IMG/VR virus record: IMGVR_UViG_3300023109_000024
Span: 1-61,316 of that record
DNA: 61,316 bases
Source of the DNA: a virus
Taxonomy: Duplodnaviria; Caudoviricetes
Reading direction: 5' to 3' (one strand)
The position numbers and the translations under genes were made by a program. The first letter of the stretch is position 1. Every line of letters starts with the position of its first letter. The notes beneath the pieces are model-generated. The model had not been told where the DNA came from. It made no database searches and saw nothing but the letters and a program-made list of their open reading frames with translations. Shown here piece by piece: positions 28,501 through 37,283 of this stretch.

Positions 28501-29374
28501 TAGGGACATCATAAACAGGATAAGGAGGGTATACGTCCTCATCGTTTCGCATCAAAAAATAGAATAGCGTCCATCTTTCGACTTGATTCATTGATTCTTG
28601 GAAACTAAAACCGTTTTGTTCATAGATGACATTTCGCATATCGCCTTCATTCGCCCACCCGCCAGTATCAGCAGTTATTGGCTGCCAACTAGTTTTAGTG
28701 ATGGGCAATACCTCGAAATTAGAATCCACAAACTCTAGGCTTCGGCCAATAAAATTATCATTAGCAAATTTCGGATTAACGTCTATCCAGATTTCATATA
28801 ACCATCTGCCTAGTGCGATGAACCTTAAATATTTACCGAATTGACTTGATGGGGTAGGTATTTCAGAAACACCAGGAGGATGCGTAGGCCATCGGTACTG
28901 CGTAGGAAATGATTTTAGATATAGCGCTTGTTCACTTGTTTCTTCGTGAAATTCAGCAGGTCCTCGCTTACCGAAAATGGGATGCTTTCTATTATACCAT
29001 TGATAAGGAACTCTTCCCTGTCCTACTGTATAATAATTCCAATTATCTCTTGCAAGGCCATATGTCGAAACGTCTGCGAATAAACTTAACTGCTCTTCGG
29101 CACGATCGACACCAAGAAGTGTGCTACTTACTTCAGATGCGCCCGCAAAAACTTCTGTGACAGCCAAAGCTTCTTTCTTTCCTTTATTGCCGACAACTGC
29201 AGGCAAAGAATTTGAAGAAACAGTGAATGCAAGGTTTCTAGCACTTTCTTGAGTAACAAGAGGGTTGCCCGCTGCGTCTGTCAGCGGAACACCCTTAATG
29301 TCTACTAATTGGTGGAAGGATTTTGTTAAAGGTGCAGGTACCTTATCAAATCCGATCTTTACCTGTCTTGGCAT
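25583..29374 (-). CDS. Large virion structural protein (paralog A)
   Basis: SKQTFRYQPGRVSGFTFG, VTMYKIEFSWYGAIGA, YKYGSSYYIDGGD, C-terminal KEQ. Confidence 0.7.
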   Translation of the reverse strand: MPRQVKIGFDKVPAPLTKSFHQLVDIKGVPLTDAAGNPLVTQESARNLAFTVSSNSLPAVVGNKGKKEALAVTEVFAGASEVSSTLLGVDRAEEQLSLFADVSTYGLARDNWNYYTVGQGRVPYQWYNRKHPIFGKRGPAEFHEETSEQALYLKSFPTQYRWPTHPPGVSEIPTPSSQFGKYLRFIALGRWLYEIWIDVNPKFANDNFIGRSLEFVDSNFEVLPITKTSWQPITADTGGWANEGDMRNVIYEQNGFSFQESMNQVERWTLFYFLMRNDEDVYPPYPVYDVPRRTTINYNFKNPSIGGALIPDVGEYLAIQNYTRGDFTRPGGDENNTSVGVLESKQTFRYQPGRVSGFTFGLRMKNNPREQSDKIEWGCSNDTDQYMMQVTGSQWNIVRRSTQRIPDSVLEDPAGMNLQPADDYRKPQVEMDVNSAGERAEPQLPPGRDKSSEMFEVRVPRSKWNGDPLNGTGPSGHIANLETVTMYKIEFSWYGAIGAKFYAFVPAGSGEARWVLLHTWVIENKLTTPALQAADFKFRYVVFNKNTSNLVEPSFVYKYGSSYYIDGGDEGNITLSAVTGDTRTFTRSPGEPVPVGSVIAMHPKTKILNSFGYDASFAAYEGTLNNKKIYPMTLSAIADKNVRVDILKVKVSPDGHHGTKSVSLCSKQRFEKDVAVTFTNRNVLEFKDPADTTLPYTQAPTPLTLLDNFGKLIGQGLPNTYLSLREGVTDSADLVRRDGSNCQLVQNDFGERAFLNGFAASDVVQINSGLDTNLFPAKLTSYRSIVASDTPIYGNRFKIHFLNPYNRDPRFSAHTLTADFAIGVTGDAPSTSTEGDDSVGVLTFGTNKKVYPYDPPVIQSEGDGEEGGEGEEEATSVFDSGEYFDINKQLHVEWSSSTHLRSASTLADLREADISEGTRFEQDYRIEGVERPFSGRYGIASCIQVTVQTISYPIQGVDQPAEPSSEVDEITWDQRIRFGSTFPPVSGSTLGEAEVGVGGVGTGYVFVTKPSIELVDGSRIFTAYIAKRTTETPDFDFSSTSAIDAKVVTLEDDNKISIADSSRDFTVAEVFRFDVQPLYLFVAMKSNARINNIIVEEISSTTRSTHVPNFLGTIGQVDATGLDSQGNFSESVEQSQIDAQFEGPGRSSSEFNVEGNETSNIVIVKDVQTTADQAPSNFLSEDNLSGIRFDTQTDLPLAPGENIYSFYIGEDEAVKFGLQNIFDIDRAVMTPGLFNNEAYYFKVTPVAESDTASVQMTLTCKEQ

Positions 29375-32300
29375 CTATTGTTCTTCCCATGTCAATCCTA
29401 TTGCAATTTCTGCTTTTTCATTAGCCGCTCTGTCAGCATCTATCGCAAAATACAATGTTTCCGGTATATTTGTTAGTGGGTAAGATAGATATTCTTTGTT
29501 ATAATCAAAATACGTATCAAGATCCACTTGTTCTGTCCCTGTAGGCTGTAAATATAGTGTTGCTACATTCGCTCCTGTATCTGGTATAGGAACAACAACA
29601 TTATTAAGCGCTTTAACAGATGTTAGCTGATCAGCCAACGGAGTTTCTGATACAGTTTCTGATGTAATTTCATCTAATGTTCCATTGTCTGCTGTGGCCC
29701 GAGCAAATCTTAAATCTTTCAAAAACTTTCCGCCGTCATTCAATTTTACAACACCATTAAATGATTGCAATACTTCGAAATAATATTCATTTGTTTTCTT
29801 ATATAATCTTCCGAAAATGGTTTCAGCATCAACATCAGATATATTGCCTTGGAACCATCCAAATATTTCTTCGCCATTTTGGAGATACGGTACGCCACTC
29901 GCACCACCCGTTTCATTAACAACTAAAGGAAGATTATTTGGCGATACTGTATATTCGCCATTTATTGCCAAGTCAACATTAGTGCCCGTTTGTGTTAGCG
30001 TTTGGAATACAGGGGTGCGCTTCATCTGTAATCTTACCGGGAATGAACCGAGGTTTGCTGTTGACATCTTAGTAGGATAAACCTGAACACGGTTACGAAC
30101 AGGATTACCTTCAATTGTGCTAAAGATCACATCCTTAGTTTCCAATCCGTAAACAAGGTCGCCACGATCAGGTATTAATGTTAACCCTGTACCTTGTGGT
30201 TGCTTGCTTAAATACACTTTGTTGTTTGCGTCATCGACCCAAACAACTTTGATGCCCGTATCGACAGGATTATTTGTTTTAACCTGCGCAGCTATAAAGT
30301 ATACAAGATTTGGGAAAGCGGTGCCACCTGGTGTGCTACTTGGCATTGTGACTACACCAGCGCCTGTTGCGCCACCGTTTGCAGAAGAATTAACTTCCCA
30401 TTTTTTACCATACCCTTTAACAACATCATTGTTATTATGGCTGTATAGGCGAACAGTACCTCGGTCACCGCCATCAATATAATACGAAGCACCATACTTA
30501 ACAATGTGATGACTTTGAGATGTTCCGTATGTGTGTGTCTTAGTTTCGCCATCACCTAATGTGTCATCTGAACCGCCGCCCCATACATTGTATGTGATTG
30601 GCAATGTTGCGTTACCGAGAGATGCGATCTTCAACTGATTCGATGCTCTTAGGTGATGTACTCGTACCCATCGTGCTTCACCGTTACCGATTGGAACATA
30701 AGCGAGGAACAATGCACCTACCGCACCATACCACGAGAACTCAATTTTAAGCATCGTTACCTTTGTGAAGTCGAAATCGTATTCAGATATAGCATCAACC
30801 CATATGCCATCCTCATCAAGAACTTCCATGCCAGGTCGAGCAATACCCGATGCACCTGTCGCCAAATCACTGTATAATCTTTTAGACGTTTGTCCGTCTA
30901 ATTTATCGTGACTAAAGCGTGAACGAGGAATACGATACTCATAAACACCCCAGAATTCTGGTTTAACATTATTTTTAATCCAGTTAATGTATTCAGGGTT
31001 AAAGTTTATATCATCGTATTGCTGTCGTATTGATGATGTACCTGCACTACTTGAAGGATCAACTGAAGTATCAATGTGACCGATGTAGTTGGCAGTTGTA
31101 TCTGATAATTGTGTTGATGATGAATATCTGTACGGCCATTGAATGCCTATAGGGAATGGATCATCCGCTTCTGTATATCTAGTCGTTACATTTGCGCCAT
31201 CAAGATCCTGAATGGTTTTATCAGCACGTTGATCGTTAGGTAATCTGTAGTATGCAGGATTATAAGTTTGATCGCCGATAAATGGCACGACCAACTCAAC
31301 GTAAATATTGTCAGGTATCAATCCATTGGCGGCAGGATTTCTATACGCATAGATGTCATTACCGTCTTGATCCCGCAAATTAAATTCAGTTCCTATAGGA
31401 CCATATACACGACTTACGGTATAAATTTTATTATATTTTGATTCAACAACATTAACATTCACGCCGCCCAGAGAAACTGATGAATTTGCATCACTTATTT
31501 TTGTTTGATTATCTGTGGTGACGACACGAACTTTTTGACCAAATGTAACTACACCTTTTGTAATTTTAAATCTTGTTGGTTGACTTGCAACAGGCGCCTC
31601 AGAAATGTGAGCTTTGATCTGTTCAACTTCTTTTAACAAGTTAGGATCGTTGACGGCAGCATGTGTCATCATCAACCCATCACGGAATACGACAAGGTTA
31701 CCTGCAAACCCACGCTTACCTAATTCAGCACCTGAAGTCACTTCTTCTGCGAAGTTGTCAATAATTATTTTTGTCAATCCTGAATTTAGGCCGTCACCCA
31801 AATCGATCAATTCTTGACTTACGCTTCCTAATCTTAACGCTGAGTCGTTAAGGTCTGTTGTAATCCAATCTCTTAGGTGTTTGTGTTTTGCAACTTCTTG
31901 TGGAATGCCTTGTTCAGTTTGCGTGTAAATTGATAAACCCGAACCTCTATAATACATAGAAGCATTATAAAGTGTTTCAGCATTACCGCCACCGATCAAG
32001 TCATTCTTATAACCGTTGATTACGTATTCGAGATCTCGAGCACACTTATACTTAATGTTTTGATAATATTCATTTAACGCAAGCGCTGAATTTGCATCTA
32101 GAGTAATAGCGCTTACTGAGTTTGGCAAATCAGCAGCTGGTATTACGTCTCCTGCAGCATAAGGATAATATTGCCCAGTGGTAGAATCAGATGATAATTC
32201 GTATCCAACTAAAGCAGAGAAATCACCCACAGGCATAAATGCAGCATTGATTGAGTTTATTTGGAAATCATATGACTGGTATCCGCCAAGTTTATTGTCA

Positions 32301-33673
32301 ACATTGGAGGCGTCATATGCAAAAGAAGTAACAAAGTATGACCAATAATGCACTCTTGTATCAAACAAAGTTTCAACTCGAGACTTATCACCGAACTTCA
32401 TAGTGGCTGTATTGGTATAAACTTGGGATGCTGTAATTCTAGCACCATTATTATCATTAGTGTTGCCGAGATTAGGTTGACCGAAGAATCCTATAGTAAT
32501 ATCTATTAATGCAGTAAGTTTAGCTTTTGCAGCTGTCTGACTAGCATATGACCTTACGCCAGCGCTAGTATTATGAATTGAATTAGTGCCTGTAGCGGCT
32601 CCAGCTGATACAACAGAATTAGCTGCTTCATTTCTGATCAGCGCTCTTAATTCTGTGTAAAGTTCTACTTCTCTGGCTGCAGTCGATAATACTGCTGTCG
32701 TATAGTTTTTAGTATTGATTCGTGTATGAGCATCACCGCCCCATTCCATATCCATGGCAAACATGTTCATCCAGAAAGCTGCATCACGATGACACTTATC
32801 TTTGTATACTTCTTTTGCATCTGTAGACAAACTATTATAATATGTCTGGAATGCGCCGGCAGTAGTAATCAAATTATTGAATGCTGCTTCACCCAGAGTA
32901 ATACTATCATGCAATAATTCGTTTCTTTCACGAACGAAATATTTGCCTTCTATTTTAGTACCTTCTTTGCCTGTAGCACGATAATCATCTGTTTGATTAA
33001 ACGGAGTAAATGTGTCTCCTGCGTTAGTATTGCCTGTAGGTTTACGTAAAATTTCAGTTGTTAAACCGAAAGGTGAACCCGGAAACTTAAGCAATGATTG
33101 CGTTCTGCGAACAACAGAGAAGTTATCGCCTTGACCTGATTGTTTCGATTCCCAATAATATCCATCGAAATTGTCAAAGATGCCGTACTTACGAATAACA
33201 GGATTTGTAGCATAGTGACTATTGCTTACAGAGGTTTTAACACCAAAGGTTGCTGCAGATACACGACCTGGTTGGTATCTGAAAAATCTTTTCGAAGTCA
33301 GAACTGCTGCTTTATCACGAGGTGCTTCTACTAATGCACCTGCTTCGGTAGGCAAATGTTTAATGCCGAACCCGTTACCAAGCGTATCTCTATTATAATA
33401 TTGAGGACTTGATGACCACTCTGTCGGGTTCACATCGTATGTATTAACATCAGCAAAAATGCCAAGAGCAACCTCTGATCTAGGAATACCTAGAAGCGAT
33501 AGCGCAACCTCTGACTGAACTTTATTCTGTTCAATAACAGGAACAGCAGTTTGATCACTTGCAAGTACAACAGGAATAGATTTCGCTGATGGTTGTTGAC
33601 CCGGAGCAACTGGCGTAGTTCTACCTACGTTAACTACTCTTGTGTTGTTGTTAATATTCGTTAAGCTAGACAT
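29375..33673 (-). CDS. Large virion structural protein (paralog B) with two phycobiliprotein-like CxRD domains
   Basis: SKRFFRYQPGRVSAATFG, VTMLKIEFSWYGAVGA, KYGASYYIDGGD, C-terminal WEEQ; KCHRD and KCARDLEY repeats. Confidence 0.7.
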   Translation of the reverse strand: MSSLTNINNNTRVVNVGRTTPVAPGQQPSAKSIPVVLASDQTAVPVIEQNKVQSEVALSLLGIPRSEVALGIFADVNTYDVNPTEWSSSPQYYNRDTLGNGFGIKHLPTEAGALVEAPRDKAAVLTSKRFFRYQPGRVSAATFGVKTSVSNSHYATNPVIRKYGIFDNFDGYYWESKQSGQGDNFSVVRRTQSLLKFPGSPFGLTTEILRKPTGNTNAGDTFTPFNQTDDYRATGKEGTKIEGKYFVRERNELLHDSITLGEAAFNNLITTAGAFQTYYNSLSTDAKEVYKDKCHRDAAFWMNMFAMDMEWGGDAHTRINTKNYTTAVLSTAAREVELYTELRALIRNEAANSVVSAGAATGTNSIHNTSAGVRSYASQTAAKAKLTALIDITIGFFGQPNLGNTNDNNGARITASQVYTNTATMKFGDKSRVETLFDTRVHYWSYFVTSFAYDASNVDNKLGGYQSYDFQINSINAAFMPVGDFSALVGYELSSDSTTGQYYPYAAGDVIPAADLPNSVSAITLDANSALALNEYYQNIKYKCARDLEYVINGYKNDLIGGGNAETLYNASMYYRGSGLSIYTQTEQGIPQEVAKHKHLRDWITTDLNDSALRLGSVSQELIDLGDGLNSGLTKIIIDNFAEEVTSGAELGKRGFAGNLVVFRDGLMMTHAAVNDPNLLKEVEQIKAHISEAPVASQPTRFKITKGVVTFGQKVRVVTTDNQTKISDANSSVSLGGVNVNVVESKYNKIYTVSRVYGPIGTEFNLRDQDGNDIYAYRNPAANGLIPDNIYVELVVPFIGDQTYNPAYYRLPNDQRADKTIQDLDGANVTTRYTEADDPFPIGIQWPYRYSSSTQLSDTTANYIGHIDTSVDPSSSAGTSSIRQQYDDINFNPEYINWIKNNVKPEFWGVYEYRIPRSRFSHDKLDGQTSKRLYSDLATGASGIARPGMEVLDEDGIWVDAISEYDFDFTKVTMLKIEFSWYGAVGALFLAYVPIGNGEARWVRVHHLRASNQLKIASLGNATLPITYNVWGGGSDDTLGDGETKTHTYGTSQSHHIVKYGASYYIDGGDRGTVRLYSHNNNDVVKGYGKKWEVNSSANGGATGAGVVTMPSSTPGGTAFPNLVYFIAAQVKTNNPVDTGIKVVWVDDANNKVYLSKQPQGTGLTLIPDRGDLVYGLETKDVIFSTIEGNPVRNRVQVYPTKMSTANLGSFPVRLQMKRTPVFQTLTQTGTNVDLAINGEYTVSPNNLPLVVNETGGASGVPYLQNGEEIFGWFQGNISDVDAETIFGRLYKKTNEYYFEVLQSFNGVVKLNDGGKFLKDLRFARATADNGTLDEITSETVSETPLADQLTSVKALNNVVVPIPDTGANVATLYLQPTGTEQVDLDTYFDYNKEYLSYPLTNIPETLYFAIDADRAANEKAEIAIGLTWEEQ

Positions 33674-33676
33674 ATG

Positions 33677-36600
33677 TTATTTAATCCTTCCGGTTGCTAT
33701 TACAAACGTGTTTTCTGCTAATAATATTCCACCATTACCACCACTTGCTTGTGCAGCGTTTGCTCCTGGCCACCGAATCTTAATCACTTTTTCTTCTTCT
33801 CCGGCACCAATATCTGTTATAATTCCGTACTCGCTAGTTGATCCACCTGTGTCAAAACTGTTATGTGAATTCACGCCGAGCTCTTGGGGTTTTACTTTTC
33901 TATCCACTACTAAGTATTTATAATCACGAACAGTGACGGTATAGAAATGATCGTTTCCTTCTTGGGACCATACTCCGGGATTACCTGCATTGTTGACAAT
34001 CATTGCTGAACTAACATATTGTGTAATAGATGCTGACCAACCTATGCCTACGTGATCTGGGTCACCCGCAGTCATAGCAAAATCGCCATTCGCATCACGA
34101 TGATAAACAGTTTTAGTTGCATCTTTCATTGATTCAATCGTATAAGGTTGACCTGCTAATTTAATTCTGCGAACTGTGTCAGCAGGAATTGTCCATTGGA
34201 ATCCGCCTTTCGATGCAGGATTGTCACCTTCAACACCTTGATTGATTTCTAAGAACGAGTTACGTGTTAATGTGTGCGCTACACCTGAAGCGCCTGTAGC
34301 ACCACCAGAGAAGTCAACTTGAGATGCCCCTGTTCCTACGAGTGCATGTGAATAATTAGTAAATAATTCAATTTGCGTTCCACTGTGAGCATACACAAAG
34401 TAAGTACCACCTTCAACTAATCCAGAACTCGTTTGTGGTGTGCCACCCGCTCCTGCACTATAGTAAACAGCATCGCCAGTATTCAATCCATGCCCAGACC
34501 CACCGAAAATTATTCTATCGTTACTTGTATCATAACTGCCACTACTTGTTGCATTGAATGTTGCAGTATGTAAAGCGCCTGTTTTACCTGTCGGTGGTCG
34601 TAAATCATCAATCCAAATTGATTCTTCACCTGCAACAGGTTCTTTCTTAATAGCAAACATTTTATATATGGGACCAGGAGTGCCTAAATCATACAGTTCG
34701 CCATTCTCTTGATATGTGTGCGGACCTGAATCAAAACCTTGTGGGCCGGATGCATGTAAACTTGATTCTGTTAAGTCAACATTAATCGAATCAAACTCAG
34801 AATTAAACGAATCTGGTTGAGGTAGGAATTCTCCTGCGGGACCTGTCAAAACATTAGGACTTGTAATCATAAATCGTGAACCGAATGCCAATAATCCTGA
34901 ACCACAATTTGAAATAATGTTACCTTCAATAGCACCTTGATCAGTGATAGAACAGTCAACACTTCCTTTCGAAAAGTTTTCAAATCTGTTTGATGATATA
35001 GAAGTATTGCTACCCCCATCAGCGATTAGCGGCGAGTATACATGCCTGTCAGTTATTCCTGAATCAATGAACTCGCATCCGATGATTTTAAGGTTCACTG
35101 GATCGGTTGCAAATACTCCTCCGCCTATAGGCCTGCTCAATCGCACTTTATCAAGAAGAATACTGTTATTTGCTGAACCGAAATCAACAGCATAGTTTCT
35201 TGAAATATCTGTTCTATCATCATATGCTACTGAGTTGCCAGAGTTACCGTCAATATCAAACCCTACAAAACTCGTGTTCTGTAATTTAACACTTGCCGCC
35301 TTAATCATGCGTGCTGATGATGATATTGATGACCCTGTCCATCCTGACCAAGGAAGTTTTGTCAGTTTAGTATTATATGCATAACCAGCAATACTAAAAT
35401 TACTTGGAACGGACAAAGATGAAACAACATAATTTTTAGGATTGAATTGAATTGCCTTTCTGCCTGTAGCAGAGTTTGTGTCTATAGCACCTTGAATTGC
35501 AGCAGTATCATCATGCGATATCCACACACCTGCCTCTTCACCCGCATCAGTAATAATATTGCCAGTCAATTTCACATCAATATATGTGCTTAAAGATGGA
35601 TTAATATCGTTTTGATAAATGACACTATCAATAGTTGCATCTACCCACCCTTTGCCGCCATTGGCAGAAGGCAGTTCATGTGGCGTAAAATGTACTGTGT
35701 TTTCAGGAATGTAAGCATTAGTCGTTAAATTTTTGCCTGCATGAGTCAATAAATCATCTGTGAAATAATCAATCCAATAATTTTCTCTTAACTCCAGCGG
35801 TCCCAATACTGCAATTAACCTAGGTTCACCTTTAAGTTGCTCTGAAATAGTGTTGACTTGCGATACTCTTCTGTAAATACATATGCCTCTTCCTGGCGTG
35901 ATGCCTTGAGTCGGCACACCCAGTTCAAGATGTGAGAACGATAATTTAATAAAGTTTTCAACGCTAAAGGACTCGAGGATTCTGTCTACATTACCTGTTA
36001 AATATTCTGCTTGGTCAGCAGCATTTAATTGCAGTGCAGTCACTACGCCAATATTTGTCGATACTTCTTCGATAATAGGAGATATTTTACCTGTAGTCAT
36101 GTCCCATTCAGCAAAAGTATATGTGATGCGCTGAAAAGGATTTGTAACTTCAACCGGAGTTAATGTATGTGTTGCACCAGTTCCTGTATCGATTGATTTT
36201 GCGGTGTTTGAACTTGGTGTGTCAATCAGTTTTAAAGTTGTTGCAGTAGGAGAAAGTACATAATACGTTGCACCTTCTATTAATCCGGTTATTGCGCCAG
36301 CACCGCCCGATGAATATATTACCTCTTGACCTAATGAAAAGTTATGATTAGCAATTGTTGTAATCGTATCTGTGCCAGGGGCTACACCTGTGACGGCATT
36401 GAAAGTAGGTGTTGCACCAACTGAATTGTCATCGTATGTCTCAAACCCTACAGTCTCGATTGATGCGATTGATGCATTGTTATCAATAGCATCAGCACTT
36501 GTAGAGCTATCGGCGCCGTAAATTCTAAGCGCTTTACCTTTTTGATATGATGCAAACCTTACTGCTTGTTGGCGTTTTTGATAGTTATTATTTACCCCAG

Positions 36601-37243
36601 GCAATCTGCCTTCTGCTTTAATTCTAATTGTAGATGTCTCGCCAGAGAATGTTGTTGTAGGTGCATAACCAACAGTGTCAGTATAACTGTCGTTGACATT
36701 TCCTTGATCGAATGTCACATTATATTTGTTAAAGTAGTTTGCAAAATATTGATCAAAATATTGTGTTACACGATCTTCAGTGAAATATTTGTTTATCCCT
36801 TCATCAAGGTTTGTTGTAGATAATACCGCAGGAGGATTATCAACGCCGCCATCTTTTTTCTGAAAAATAATTTTATTATCAGAAGGTCTAATTTTAATGA
36901 ACCCACCAGTAGAATTCGTGGCCTCGTCATACTGATTATTGTCAAAATCGTCTAAATCAGTTTTCTCTACAGGCTTATTTTGCAGGTTGCCATAATCGAG
37001 GTAGTGTGATCCGTGCTGTCCATCAAGCAAATCTGAATTGAGACCTGAATTGTTACCATTCAACGCCGCCTTTAAGTTTGCAAGGTTAGTCGGATCGCTA
37101 AATGTTGCACCATCTACGATAAGATTTTTTAATGTTGCAAAACTAACCGACTGCGATACGTTTGTAGTATCAATCGTTACTGCAAATAGATCATCTGCAG
37201 AAAGCGTATTAGCTGTTGGTAAATCGGTAAATTTTATTGCCAT
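33677..37243 (-). CDS. Tailspike-like protein with pectate-lyase-type parallel beta-helix
   Basis: HDDTAAIQGAID cap followed by FDIDGN and ISSNRFEN..IEGNIISNCGSG rungs; N-terminal IKFTDLP..LSADD.F anchor; DLLDGQHGSHYLDYGNL fibre motif. Confidence 0.7.
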   Translation of the reverse strand: MAIKFTDLPTANTLSADDLFAVTIDTTNVSQSVSFATLKNLIVDGATFSDPTNLANLKAALNGNNSGLNSDLLDGQHGSHYLDYGNLQNKPVEKTDLDDFDNNQYDEATNSTGGFIKIRPSDNKIIFQKKDGGVDNPPAVLSTTNLDEGINKYFTEDRVTQYFDQYFANYFNKYNVTFDQGNVNDSYTDTVGYAPTTTFSGETSTIRIKAEGRLPGVNNNYQKRQQAVRFASYQKGKALRIYGADSSTSADAIDNNASIASIETVGFETYDDNSVGATPTFNAVTGVAPGTDTITTIANHNFSLGQEVIYSSGGAGAITGLIEGATYYVLSPTATTLKLIDTPSSNTAKSIDTGTGATHTLTPVEVTNPFQRITYTFAEWDMTTGKISPIIEEVSTNIGVVTALQLNAADQAEYLTGNVDRILESFSVENFIKLSFSHLELGVPTQGITPGRGICIYRRVSQVNTISEQLKGEPRLIAVLGPLELRENYWIDYFTDDLLTHAGKNLTTNAYIPENTVHFTPHELPSANGGKGWVDATIDSVIYQNDINPSLSTYIDVKLTGNIITDAGEEAGVWISHDDTAAIQGAIDTNSATGRKAIQFNPKNYVVSSLSVPSNFSIAGYAYNTKLTKLPWSGWTGSSISSSARMIKAASVKLQNTSFVGFDIDGNSGNSVAYDDRTDISRNYAVDFGSANNSILLDKVRLSRPIGGGVFATDPVNLKIIGCEFIDSGITDRHVYSPLIADGGSNTSISSNRFENFSKGSVDCSITDQGAIEGNIISNCGSGLLAFGSRFMITSPNVLTGPAGEFLPQPDSFNSEFDSINVDLTESSLHASGPQGFDSGPHTYQENGELYDLGTPGPIYKMFAIKKEPVAGEESIWIDDLRPPTGKTGALHTATFNATSSGSYDTSNDRIIFGGSGHGLNTGDAVYYSAGAGGTPQTSSGLVEGGTYFVYAHSGTQIELFTNYSHALVGTGASQVDFSGGATGASGVAHTLTRNSFLEINQGVEGDNPASKGGFQWTIPADTVRRIKLAGQPYTIESMKDATKTVYHRDANGDFAMTAGDPDHVGIGWSASITQYVSSAMIVNNAGNPGVWSQEGNDHFYTVTVRDYKYLVVDRKVKPQELGVNSHNSFDTGGSTSEYGIITDIGAGEEEKVIKIRWPGANAAQASGGNGGILLAENTFVIATGRIK

Positions 37244-37274
37244 TTGGAATCGCCTTTCCTGTTAGTATAATGTT

Positions 37275-37282
37275 TATTTATA
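37275..37282 (-). promoter_or_regulatory. T4-type late promoter (TATAAATA)
   Basis: Plus-strand tatttata in the intergenic gap, ~32 nt upstream of the ATG at 37243. Confidence 0.75.
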
Positions 37283-37283
37283 T

